This document shows positions 8,695-17,257 of a DNA stretch of 19,219 nucleotides, piece by piece. Location: the NCBI GenBank assembly GCA_038128265.1, contig JAYPJE010000069.1:1-19219 (forward strand), written 5' to 3'. The number at the start of each line of letters is the position of its first letter. Position 1 is the first letter of the stretch. The notes under the pieces are model-generated. The model was not told the origin of the DNA, did no database searches, and worked only from the letters and a program-made list of their open reading frames with translations. The stretch comes from Gemmatimonadota bacterium (GTDB taxonomy: Bacteria > Latescibacterota > UBA2968 > UBA8231). The translations under genes and the position numbers were made by a program.

Positions 8695-10661
8695 TCTACG
8701 CGTAAGACGATTTGCTGGGCGCCGACGTTGTCGAGCGCATCCCAGGCCTGCACGGCGATTACGTGTTCACCGCTTTCCAGGTTGGACAGCATTAGTGCTG
8801 CCGTCTCGCGCCGGCTGTCGTACATGCCGTCTTCGGCACCGATGGGGTATTCCTCGTCGCCGTAGTCTATGCTGTACTGCGCTTTGCGCAGCGCGGAGAT
8901 GCGGTCGCTGATCTCTATCTCGATGCGCACCTCTCCGCGCCCCTCGTCATAGGCCTTGAGCTCAATGCGTGGAGGGCTGTTATCGATGGCAAACGGCGCG
9001 CTAATGCGCTCGCTGTGCAGCGCCTCGTTCGGTGGGTTCTGGCCCCGGTCCGAAGCAACGAGTTTGAGCTGTGTCCATCCTTCGGGCATCGTTGCCGTAT
9101 CCCACAGCAGCGAAGAGCGTTCTTCGCCTTCGTGCGCCTTCTTCCACTGCTTCTGGTCTTCGCCGCGCAGGTAGAGGTCGTAGACTAGCTCTTCGTCGTT
9201 GGGGTCACTGGCCTGCCAGCGCAGCAGGTACAGGCTGCGCGCCTGCGGGGGGTTGGTGCTACGCTGGTTCTGCGCGCTGGGTTGCTGCTGCTGGTTGGCG
9301 CCCCGCGCCTGCGGCGTGCGGTAGGGCTGGACCTCGAGCGAAGCAATGTGTGGCGGCAGGTTGGCGCGCTGGGCGTACAGCGTCAGGTCGATCAAATAGG
9401 CGTCGCGCCCCTTGAGAGAAACTTTGTACTGTATGTAGCGAGCCGCCGGGCTCTCTATGGCTGCACCGCTCTGGCTCTCCGCCGTCGACCAATCGCTCCA
9501 CGTGGCATCGGGTTCGGCGCTGTTGCCGCTGCGCGTCTGCACTGCGACGCCGCTGCCGCGCCACTCTACGCGGCCCCACTGCGCGTGTCCGCCAACGTCT
9601 TCAACCTTGGATTCGTAGTGCCCTTCCGACCGGGCCGGCCCCAGGCGCCGCAGCTGGCCGGTATGCGCTGATGCTAAATAAATTGACTCATCGGCAGCGC
9701 GCAGCATGCGATTGGTTTTGAAGTCGTCGCCGTGTGCTAATAGGCTCGGCTGCGCCGCTGCATTGAGTTGCACGATGCGCCCGTCATCGGTTGCCACTAA
9801 TAGCGCGTCGTTAGCCCGGGCTAGGTCGCGCAGCTGTGCACTGCCGTCTCTCCACCACTCGTAGGTGCTGCCGCTAGTTTCCGTTCGGAAAAGCGCGGTG
9901 CTCTGGTCGCTGCCCTCACCGCTGATAGCGGCCGCATATAGCACGCCTTCGGCATCGCTGACCAGCGCGTGTATTTCTTCCTGTGCCGCCTCAAAGAGCA
10001 GGCGTCCATTGCCGTCGCCGACTTCGTATACACGCCCCTTTTGCGCGCTGCCCGCATACAGCGTGTCATCGATAAAGAGCAGGGAGATGATGTGGTGATC
10101 GTCCGGAGAGAATACCTCTTCGATTTGCCCATCTGCGTCAATGCGCAGCACGTTGGCCGGCTCGCCCGTTGCCGCGTAGAGACGGCCGCGCCCGTCAAAG
10201 GCCAGATCCCATACGTAGTGGCTGCCGGTATGTGCCAGCACCGTGGGCTGGCCGTTGCGCGGCAGCTTATAGACGATGCCGTCCGGCGCGCTGCCGGCGT
10301 AGAGCGTGCCGTCCTGGCCGATGGCTAGCGCATGTAGCGAGACCTCCGGCGAGTCGAAGAGCAGCGTGCTCGCGCCGTTTTCGTCGATTGAATAGAGGCG
10401 TCCATCGTCGCCTGTTGCCGCGTATATCGTGCCGTCATCGCCCTGTGCAAGATCCCAAATGCGCTCGGCGTCAACGGTGGCAAAACTATCGAGCGCAGCG
10501 GCCGGGCGCAGCGTGCCGTCGGCGGCGATGGCGATGCCGTGCGCCTTGCCCGCTGCAAATGCCTCGTAGCCAAACTGTCTCCATACCTTGTGTCGTTCGC
10601 CGTTGACGGGGATGGCGCACACCGTGAGAAAGAGCACGTGTGCGAGGATAACTTTTATCAT
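8691..10661 (-). CDS. Secreted beta-propeller repeat protein with C-terminal beta-sandwich (FN3/Ig-like) domains; function unknown
   Basis: Signal-peptide-like N-terminus (MIKVILAHVLFLTVCAIPVNG). About 7 repeats resemble IWDLAQGDDGTIYAATGDDGRLYSID. These are followed by beta-rich segments (LRWQASDPNDEELVYDLY; GEHVIAVQAWD). Confidence 0.8.
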   Translation of the reverse strand: MIKVILAHVLFLTVCAIPVNGERHKVWRQFGYEAFAAGKAHGIAIAADGTLRPAAALDSFATVDAERIWDLAQGDDGTIYAATGDDGRLYSIDENGASTLLFDSPEVSLHALAIGQDGTLYAGSAPDGIVYKLPRNGQPTVLAHTGSHYVWDLAFDGRGRLYAATGEPANVLRIDADGQIEEVFSPDDHHIISLLFIDDTLYAGSAQKGRVYEVGDGNGRLLFEAAQEEIHALVSDAEGVLYAAAISGEGSDQSTALFRTETSGSTYEWWRDGSAQLRDLARANDALLVATDDGRIVQLNAAAQPSLLAHGDDFKTNRMLRAADESIYLASAHTGQLRRLGPARSEGHYESKVEDVGGHAQWGRVEWRGSGVAVQTRSGNSAEPDATWSDWSTAESQSGAAIESPAARYIQYKVSLKGRDAYLIDLTLYAQRANLPPHIASLEVQPYRTPQARGANQQQQPSAQNQRSTNPPQARSLYLLRWQASDPNDEELVYDLYLRGEDQKQWKKAHEGEERSSLLWDTATMPEGWTQLKLVASDRGQNPPNEALHSERISAPFAIDNSPPRIELKAYDEGRGEVRIEIEISDRISALRKAQYSIDYGDEEYPIGAEDGMYDSRRETAALMLSNLESGEHVIAVQAWDALDNVGAQQIVLRVE

Positions 10662-10683
10662 GTGTTATCAGTCTCTCTGTCGT

Positions 10684-12453
10684 TCAGTGGGGTTCTACGG
10701 CGGCTTCAACGCTCTGTTCGCCGGTTAGCGCATAGGGCACGGTCTGGCGCACGCGCAGCAAGACGTGCTCGCTGACGGAACCCAAGTGGCCAGAGGACGA
10801 TTCGCTTTCCAACACGGTGCGCGCCGACGGCGGCAGCGAGGGAAACTCGCGTCCGTGCACTGTTAGCCCGGGCTGCGGCAGCAACACTTCGATCACGAGC
10901 TCGTCTGCGCGCCCCGGCATTTGCACCAAGGCCAGCAGGTCTTCGCCGCTGCGCGGCACGAAGGCGTCGGGTCGACGCACGCGCTCGGACTGGCGCGCCG
11001 ACTCGCCGCTGCTGGCGCGCACGAGCAGCGGTCCCGGTGGCGTGCCGTTGGGGATATCCAGCGACACGGTGTGTCGAATGGGTGCGCTGCGGTAGGGCTG
11101 TAGCGTCACTTCCACTGCAGCGGCGTGCCCTGCTCGAAGCGCTGCATTGGGCAAGCGCATACCCGTTATCTGTGCCAGCGCCAGCGCCTCGCGGACTTCG
11201 GCCGCAAAATAGACCGAGTCGATATCGAGTCCCGCAAAGGGGCTTTGAGCGATAGAGGCCAGTGGTTGCACGGCCTCTATAGAAGCGATTAGTGCAGCCG
11301 AGGGGCCGCTGTAGAACTGGTCGTATTCGACGCGTTGGCCGTCGCGCAGGGCGACCGTAGTGCGCAGGGAAAGCGCCGCATCGCCGACGAGCTTTTCGGT
11401 TGATTCCATCGCCGAAAGGAGCACGGAGCGCACCAAGACGGGGAGCAGATCGCGATGCCGCATAACGGCGTACTGCGAGCGATGTGCGCCGTCGTTGTTC
11501 GCTAGGTCGACGGCTACGGGTACCATGGATGGCGCCGGTCCGATCTGTCCGCCAATACCGGCCTGGCGGTCCTGCTGCACGGTGCCAAAGGGCTGCACGG
11601 GTCCGCCGAGTTTAAACGAGCTGATTTGGCTGGGAATGATCTGGTGGACGTAGGCGCTGGTTGCCGGCATTTCGGTGGTGCCCATGTGCAGCATGGAGTG
11701 GCCAAAGCCGACAAAGCGCTCGCCATCGGTCCAGGTCAATGTGCCGATGGCGGTGGCGTTGCGGTCGCCGCTGATTAGCTGCACGCCCAGTCCGGCACCC
11801 GGTTCGATGGCCGGCGCCGGCTGGTCTACAGCGGCGTTGCCCGGTCCGAGAGCCGCGTCCATACCCAGCGGCGCCAAGGCCTGCTGCAATACGTCGCCGG
11901 CGATTCGAGAAAAGCCGGACAGCGCCACCGGCGTGGCGAGCGGCTCCAGCGTCCCGTGCTGCGGTGCACGCCCGTCGCCGATCCATTCGGACGGTGAGAA
12001 GTCGATGGATTGGCGCTCGGGCCCCTCTACGGCGGCCGCGCGCTGCGTGACGTCGATCATGGGCCCGATGGGGGTGATGCCGCCAATTGGATCCTTGGAA
12101 TAGGACCAGCCGTAGGCGATGGCACCGACGAGCAGCCCGTCGATATAAACCGGACTGCCGCTCATGCCGCGTATGATGCCCGTATGCTCTAAGTTTGCTC
12201 CGGACAAGCGCGCCAGGATCAGATCATGTCCCGGCCCGATGCCGCCCGCAATAACGCCGAGAATTTCCACGCCGAAGGTATCGATCTGCGTGCCCTGAAA
12301 CACGCTCAGGCCGTAGCCGTTCATGCCGCGTTTGACGTGGTCCACGGGCATGAATTCGACCGGTGTAGCACGGGCGCTGGACGCCCAGCACAGCGCGCAG
12401 AACAGAACGGCGTTGAAAAGACGGTAAATAGCAGTGCAAGCAGGACTTAGCAA
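10684..12453 (-). CDS. SpoIVB-like serine peptidase (family S55) domain protein, exported
   Basis: GIIRGMSGSPVYIDG (Ser motif), AIGTLTW...FVGFGH (His motif) and a signal-peptide-like N-terminus ending ARA. The TTG start is supported by an AAAGAG RBS and a promoter just upstream. Confidence 0.88.
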   Translation of the reverse strand: MLSPACTAIYRLFNAVLFCALCWASSARATPVEFMPVDHVKRGMNGYGLSVFQGTQIDTFGVEILGVIAGGIGPGHDLILARLSGANLEHTGIIRGMSGSPVYIDGLLVGAIAYGWSYSKDPIGGITPIGPMIDVTQRAAAVEGPERQSIDFSPSEWIGDGRAPQHGTLEPLATPVALSGFSRIAGDVLQQALAPLGMDAALGPGNAAVDQPAPAIEPGAGLGVQLISGDRNATAIGTLTWTDGERFVGFGHSMLHMGTTEMPATSAYVHQIIPSQISSFKLGGPVQPFGTVQQDRQAGIGGQIGPAPSMVPVAVDLANNDGAHRSQYAVMRHRDLLPVLVRSVLLSAMESTEKLVGDAALSLRTTVALRDGQRVEYDQFYSGPSAALIASIEAVQPLASIAQSPFAGLDIDSVYFAAEVREALALAQITGMRLPNAALRAGHAAAVEVTLQPYRSAPIRHTVSLDIPNGTPPGPLLVRASSGESARQSERVRRPDAFVPRSGEDLLALVQMPGRADELVIEVLLPQPGLTVHGREFPSLPPSARTVLESESSSGHLGSVSEHVLLRVRQTVPYALTGEQSVEAAVEPH

Positions 12454-12483
12454 AGCGGTAGCTCTTTCACAAGGAAAAAGCAG

Positions 12484-12512
12484 AACCTAGGCAGGATTGG
12501 TGTAAAAGTCAA
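12484..12512 (-). promoter_or_regulatory. Putative sigma70 promoter for the S55-rib-secA gene run
   Basis: Minus strand reads TTGACT (12512-12507), 17 nt, then TAGGTT (12489-12484), about 30 nt upstream of the TTG start, in an AT-rich intergenic region. Confidence 0.55.
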
Positions 12513-12577
12513 GGTAATGGAAGCACTCTTAATTGCTGTAAGATTTTGTCTATAAATGATTTGCCGACACGTGACCC

Positions 12578-12608
12578 TTGACAAAAAAGGCCGCTCGGAT
12601 AATATACT
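12578..12608 (+). promoter_or_regulatory. Putative sigma70 promoter for ftsY
   Basis: Perfect TTGACA at 12578-12583, then TAATAT at a 16-nt spacing (12600-12605) or TATACT at a 19-nt spacing (12603-12608). Confidence 0.55.
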
Positions 12609-12739
12609 GTCCCGCGTCAGTTTGTCCGTTTGAGAATGTTTGGCGCTGGCGCTGGCCACAGCGTAGAATGATCTGCACCGCAGATTGCGGCGCCGACGGG
12701 CCGACAGGGCAACCACACAGCACACTGCGAGAGATGGCA

Positions 12740-13675
12740 ATGTTAGGTCGTTTTTTCGACAAAATCAAAGAGGGACTCAGCAAGACGCGCGATGCCATGC
12801 ACGACAAGATTGCAGCGGTCGTGCCGATAGGGGGTCGGGTCGATGAGGATACACTGGAAGAAATAGAGGCCATTTTGATTCAGTCCGATATAGGCCTCGA
12901 CACCGCCGTTGATGTTATCGAACAGTTGCGCAGCGCCGTGCGCGAAGAAAAAGTCAGCGATCAGCAGGGCGTCATGCGCCTGCTGCAGGAGCAGCTGGCG
13001 GCGGCGGTAGATCTGGGAGCAGACGGCGCGCTGCCGCTGGGTGACCAGCCGCTGCCGGGGACGCCCTTTGTCATTCTGGTCGTCGGCGTTAACGGCGCCG
13101 GCAAGACGACGACGGTGGGCAAACTGGCCAAGCAGTATGCCGATGCGGGTCGCAAGGTTCTGGTGGCTGCCTGCGATACGTTTCGCGCGGGTGCGGTGGC
13201 GCAGTTAGACGTGTGGGCCGAGCGCGCCGAGGTCGATATTGTGCGCGCGCAGCAGGGGGCCGATCCAGCAGCGGTTGCGTTTGATGCGCTGGCGGCGGCT
13301 CGGCACCGCCAGGTCGACGTGCTGCTGGTAGACACGGCCGGGCGCCTGCAGAACAAAGTGAATCTGATGGAGGAGCTGAAAAAAATTCGGCGCTCGTTGG
13401 CCAAGCAGGACCCGCAGGCTCCGCACGAGACGCTGCTGGTGCTCGATGCGACCAACGGGCAGAACGCGCTGTCGCAGGCGCGCGAATTCAACGAAGCGAC
13501 CGAGTTGACGGGCCTGGTCCTGACCAAGCTAGACGGCACGGCCAAAGGCGGTATCGTCGTGGCGCTGCGCAAAGAGATGGATCTACCCGTCAAATTGATC
13601 GGCGTCGGCGAAGGTGCTGACGATCTGCAGCCGTTTGAGGGCGAGGCGTTCGCGCGCGCCCTTTTCGAGCGCTGA
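12740..13675 (+). CDS. ftsY: Signal recognition particle receptor FtsY (short NG-only type)
   Basis: FFDKIKEGLSKTR membrane-targeting helix, GVNGAGKTTT, DTFRAGA, DTAGR, TKLDGTAKGG and GVGE. Start is ATG 12740 or 12734; the ORF-track start at 12578 is the TTG of the -35 box. Confidence 0.97.
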   Translation: MLGRFFDKIKEGLSKTRDAMHDKIAAVVPIGGRVDEDTLEEIEAILIQSDIGLDTAVDVIEQLRSAVREEKVSDQQGVMRLLQEQLAAAVDLGADGALPLGDQPLPGTPFVILVVGVNGAGKTTTVGKLAKQYADAGRKVLVAACDTFRAGAVAQLDVWAERAEVDIVRAQQGADPAAVAFDALAAARHRQVDVLLVDTAGRLQNKVNLMEELKKIRRSLAKQDPQAPHETLLVLDATNGQNALSQAREFNEATELTGLVLTKLDGTAKGGIVVALRKEMDLPVKLIGVGEGADDLQPFEGEAFARALFER

Positions 13676-13677
13676 GG

Positions 13678-14076
13678 CTAGGGTCGGGTTAGCGGCTTGT
13701 AAGCCGTGCACTCCACTTCGATACGCACGCCCGGATAGAGCCCCGACTGTGTGGTGATGCGCGTTGGCCGCGGCTGCCAGTGGAAGATCTGTGCGAAGGT
13801 ATCGCTAAAGCGCTGGAAGTCGTTGATGTCGGCCAGGTGCACGGCCACCCTACATACGTCGCGCAGGTCGGCGTCGGCGTGGGCGAGGATGCGTCCGATC
13901 TTGGCAAAAACAAATTCGGTTTGCTCCTCAATAGTCGTTCCCTGCAGCTGACCGGTCTGTTCGTCTTCGGCCGCGACGCCGGCTACAAACACGAAGTCGC
14001 CGGCTCGCACCGCTTCGGAATAGGGCCAGCCTTCGTGCGCGGGATTCCCTGTTTTTACTTCGCTAAAGTCGCTCAT
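13678..14076 (-). CDS. Rid (RidA/YjgF/YER057c/UK114) family protein
   Basis: PYSEAVRAGDFVFVAG, IEEQT, RPTR (conserved Arg) and RIEVEC; AGAGG RBS upstream. Confidence 0.92.
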   Translation of the reverse strand: MSDFSEVKTGNPAHEGWPYSEAVRAGDFVFVAGVAAEDEQTGQLQGTTIEEQTEFVFAKIGRILAHADADLRDVCRVAVHLADINDFQRFSDTFAQIFHWQPRPTRITTQSGLYPGVRIEVECTAYKPLTRP

Positions 14077-14095
14077 ACGGCCTCTTTTCTCTCTA

Positions 14096-15142
14096 TCACG
14101 CCCAAGAGAACCCCGGTCCCTGCGGTATTTGCACGTGCCCGTCCTCTAATTTGAGCGGCGAGTTATCGGCCAGTAGACCCGTTTCCAGATAGAGCGCATT
14201 GGGCAGACACGCCATCACGTTGAGCTGCACGGGACCACCGCCGTGCGAGGCGTAGGGAATGCGAAAGGCATCGGCCATGTGCCCCACCTGCAGCAGGGCC
14301 GTTGGCCCGCCGGCGCGGCGCAGGTCGGGCTGGACGATATCCACGGCTTCGCGCTTGAAAAAGCGCGCAAAATCGGCGGCGCTGTAGAGGTTTTCGCCGG
14401 TCGCAATCGGTATGTCGAGGGCGCGCACGAGCGCGGCATAGCCGTCGATATCGTCAGCGGCTATGGGCTCTTCCCACCACAGGCAGCCCAGCTGCTCGAA
14501 AGCGCGTCCGCGTCGAATCGCCTCGGCCGTCGTCAGCGACTGGTTGGCATCGACCATGATGTCTATCTGGTCGCCAACGGCTGCGCGCACCGTTTCGACG
14601 CGTTGCACATCCTGACGCAGCGTCGGGTAGCCCACTTTGATTTTGACGGCGCGAAAGCCTTGGTCCACAGCGCGCGCGCAGATCGCCTGCACTTCGGCGT
14701 CGTCGTAGTTGAGCCAGCCGACCATGGCGTAGGCGCGCACGGTTGTACGGGCGCCGCCCCACAACTGCCAGCAGGGCACGCCGCGCGCTTTGCCCAAACA
14801 GTCCCACAGCGCCGTGTCGACGGCGGCAATGCCTATGGTGGCCAGCCCCTGCGTGCCGTGGTACTCCGTTTCGCGGCGCATCTCGGCGTGCAGCTGGCGT
14901 ACCATAGACGGGTCGTGGCCCAGCACGAGCGGTTTGAGCTCGTGCTCGATTAGGGCCGCCAGCGCGTCGGGTCCGCCGCCAATGCGCCCAAATGAGGCGT
15001 CGCCCCGGCCGATTATTCCGTCGTCTGTGACAATGGATACGGCCACGGAGCCGGAGCCGGGCAGCGACTGCAGCGCATCGCGCTTGGGCTGTAGGCTGGG
15101 CTGCTGGCGATGGATTTCTACGCTGAGATCGACGATCTGCAT
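14096..15142 (-). CDS. Mandelate racemase/muconate lactonizing enzyme family protein (enolase superfamily)
   Basis: AAVDTALWD, KIK, MVDANQ, WWEEP, ATGEN, QPD and ASH motifs. Start moved to ATG 15142, 5 nt after the S10 stop. Confidence 0.93.
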   Translation of the reverse strand: MQIVDLSVEIHRQQPSLQPKRDALQSLPGSGSVAVSIVTDDGIIGRGDASFGRIGGGPDALAALIEHELKPLVLGHDPSMVRQLHAEMRRETEYHGTQGLATIGIAAVDTALWDCLGKARGVPCWQLWGGARTTVRAYAMVGWLNYDDAEVQAICARAVDQGFRAVKIKVGYPTLRQDVQRVETVRAAVGDQIDIMVDANQSLTTAEAIRRGRAFEQLGCLWWEEPIAADDIDGYAALVRALDIPIATGENLYSAADFARFFKREAVDIVQPDLRRAGGPTALLQVGHMADAFRIPYASHGGGPVQLNVMACLPNALYLETGLLADNSPLKLEDGHVQIPQGPGFSWA

Positions 15143-15147
15143 GCGGT

Positions 15148-16620
15148 TTATCCCATGGCCTTTCCGTAGAACGACTGCATGTCGCGTGCGAACGCCTTGC
15201 GCGAGCGCTCCCACGAGTAGAACATGTGGCCGCCGTCGTAGTGGCTGATGTGCAGGTTGGGTTTGAGCGATTCGTCGAGCTTCATATGCTGGACGATGCG
15301 ATTGGAAGAAAAGTAGGGCGTGACCATGTCAAAGTGCCCGTGGCTGATGGCCACCTGCATGTGTGGATTGAGCACCATGCCGTAGCGCAGGTCGTCCATT
15401 GCTCCGATCTGCTGGCGGATAAAGCGCTCGTTCTTTGTCTTCCAGTGCCGGTGTACCTCGCCGCTGAGCAACTCGTACTCGAGTTCGGTGTCAACTTGTA
15501 AATGCTGGCGCAGCTGCGCGTTGATACCGGCGCGAAATAGACGGTCGATAGCGGCCAGCGTCGGGTCGGGTCCCTCGTAGGAAATGCGGTCGGGAAAGGG
15601 GTCGACTGCGGTCAGCGATGCGTCGTAGAGGCCGCAGTAGCGACGCCTGTCGCGCAGCAGCTCGCGCGCGAAAACGACGCGGCTGATGCGTCCACCGGCC
15701 CGGTCGACGAGGGCCTCTTCTAGGCCGATTAGATTCGCCAGTTGGCCAATGGTGCGCTGGCGCTGGGCGTCGGGCATAGAGGCACCGCGCGCCAGCAGGT
15801 GCAAATAGTCGCCCTGGGCAAAGTCTTCGGCTAAGCGGCGGGCTTCGTCGGCGCTGTTGCCGCGTCCGCGTCCGTGGTGAAAGGCGGCTCCAGCCATGGT
15901 CGGCAGCAGTTCCACCCAGTGCATGAGGTCGTAGTCGGAGCCGAGGATGGAGGCAAATTCAATGGCCGGCGAAATGAGAATGGCGCCGTTGAGGCCGATG
16001 CCGTAGCGCTCCTGCACGAGGCGTGCCAGCTTGGCGACGCGAAAGCCGCCGTAGCTCTCGCCGGCGATAAAGATGGGAGCGGTCCAGCGCTGATGCTGCG
16101 AAAGAAATTGCTGCATGAATTCGCCGAGCGACTCGAGGTCGCGTTCCACTTCCCAAAACTCGGTGTTTTCTTTTGGCTCTCTGTCCGCGCCTTTTTCTTC
16201 CCCCTTTTTTTGCTGCAAAATCGTCCGACTAAATCCAGTTCCTATCGGGTCGACAAAAACTAGGTCGGTGAAGGGCAGCCAGCTTTCCCCGTTTTCCGTC
16301 AGCTGGGTGGGCGGCGGTGGGAGCGAGCCATCGCTGTTGAATACGACGCGTCTTGGTCCGAGGGCGCCCATGTGCAGATAAGCCGATGCTGCTCCCGGCC
16401 CACCGTTGAATACAAAGGTGATGGGGCGCGGTGTGCGCTTGCGCGTCTTGGCCATATAGGCGGCATGAAAGAGGCGAGCAATGGGCTTTTCGCGCCTGCG
16501 CAGCAGCGTCCAGTCGGCAATCGCTTCGTATTCCATGACGCGTTTGCGCCCGAGATTAAAGGCGTGTCGCGTGCGCTTTTCTCGATAAACCATACCATCG
16601 TCGTTGTTTTCTTCGGCCAT
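15148..16620 (-). CDS. Serine carboxypeptidase, family S10 (no signal peptide)
   Basis: FNGGPGAAS, DPIGTGFS, GESYGG (Ser), GHFDMVTP (Asp) and GGHMFY (His); GGAG RBS upstream. Confidence 0.94.
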   Translation of the reverse strand: MAEENNDDGMVYREKRTRHAFNLGRKRVMEYEAIADWTLLRRREKPIARLFHAAYMAKTRKRTPRPITFVFNGGPGAASAYLHMGALGPRRVVFNSDGSLPPPPTQLTENGESWLPFTDLVFVDPIGTGFSRTILQQKKGEEKGADREPKENTEFWEVERDLESLGEFMQQFLSQHQRWTAPIFIAGESYGGFRVAKLARLVQERYGIGLNGAILISPAIEFASILGSDYDLMHWVELLPTMAGAAFHHGRGRGNSADEARRLAEDFAQGDYLHLLARGASMPDAQRQRTIGQLANLIGLEEALVDRAGGRISRVVFARELLRDRRRYCGLYDASLTAVDPFPDRISYEGPDPTLAAIDRLFRAGINAQLRQHLQVDTELEYELLSGEVHRHWKTKNERFIRQQIGAMDDLRYGMVLNPHMQVAISHGHFDMVTPYFSSNRIVQHMKLDESLKPNLHISHYDGGHMFYSWERSRKAFARDMQSFYGKAMG

Positions 16621-16644
16621 AGCAGACTCCGGCTTGCCTGTGAA

Positions 16645-16676
16645 ATGCGGTCTTGTCTATTTTAACAAGTCCGCAT
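16645..16676. promoter_or_regulatory. Inverted repeat (operator-like) centred on a putative extended -10 box of the S10 operon
   Basis: ATGCGGTCTTGT-ctatttta-ACAAGTCCGCAT, with 11 of 12 arm positions complementary. The minus strand reads TGtTAAAAT across the centre (16667-16659). Confidence 0.5.
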
Positions 16677-16732
16677 GCGCAGTTCCACTCGGGCTATCAC
16701 TGGGTACCAAACAATATGCTGAAAGAGGCGTT

Positions 16733-17257
16733 TTGGATTCTCTACTATCCATACTGCAGAAGCTACTGATCTTCCGCGACTGCAAGGCTGCGCAGGTGCG
16801 CGAAGTATTGAAAATCTGCGTATCGCGTTCGTTCAAGGAAGGCGACGCGATTTGTAGAGAAGGCGAAGAGAGCGAGAGTATGTTTGTCATTCTCTCTGGT
16901 ACCGTGGAAATCCATACGACGGGCGGTATGCTGTTGGTGTCGGAAACGGCCGTGACCAGCATCGGCGAAGCGGGTATGCTGACGGGAGAACTGCGCTCGG
17001 CTACGGTGGTTGCCCAAACGGATGTGAAAGCGCTGGCGATCAATCGTCGCACCCTAATGCCCAAGCTAAGCAACGATCCGCTATTGGCCAGTTTGATTTA
17101 CCGCAATGTGCTCTATATGGTGCGCAGCAAGCTGATCGCTTCCAACCAGCGCATTTGCCAACTGTTGCAGGACGCGGCGGAAGACGACGACTACGTAGAG
17201 TCTGCCGACGAGTCGGTCGCGGATGAGGCGTCGGCCGACGGGGAGGATGCGCAGTGA
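16733..17257 (+). CDS. Stand-alone cyclic nucleotide-binding domain protein with an acidic tail
   Basis: FKEGDAICREGEESESMFVILSGTVEI and a phosphate-binding cassette (GEAGMLTGELRSATVVA); no HTH. Start probably TTG 16733, after AGAGG. Confidence 0.85.
   Translation: MDSLLSILQKLLIFRDCKAAQVREVLKICVSRSFKEGDAICREGEESESMFVILSGTVEIHTTGGMLLVSETAVTSIGEAGMLTGELRSATVVAQTDVKALAINRRTLMPKLSNDPLLASLIYRNVLYMVRSKLIASNQRICQLLQDAAEDDDYVESADESVADEASADGEDAQ

Noticed and set aside
8660..8760. FMN riboswitch upstream of ribD
   Set aside because: ribD overlaps the upstream CDS, so there is no leader, and no FMN aptamer consensus is visible.
9235..9320. Gln/Pro-rich tract (QARGANQQQQPSAQNQ) as a tandem repeat or contingency locus
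   Set aside because: It is a short in-frame low-complexity loop with only a few CAG codons.
12610..12739. SRP RNA (ffs) upstream of ftsY
   Set aside because: The conserved domain IV pattern (CAGG...GGAA...AGCAG) is absent.
12578..12739. N-terminal extension of FtsY in the ORF track (also the extensions for ribBA to 7002, the enolase to 15214 and the cNMP protein to 16604)
   Set aside because: These extensions overlap promoters or neighbouring genes. Downstream starts fit the family N-termini and gene spacing better.
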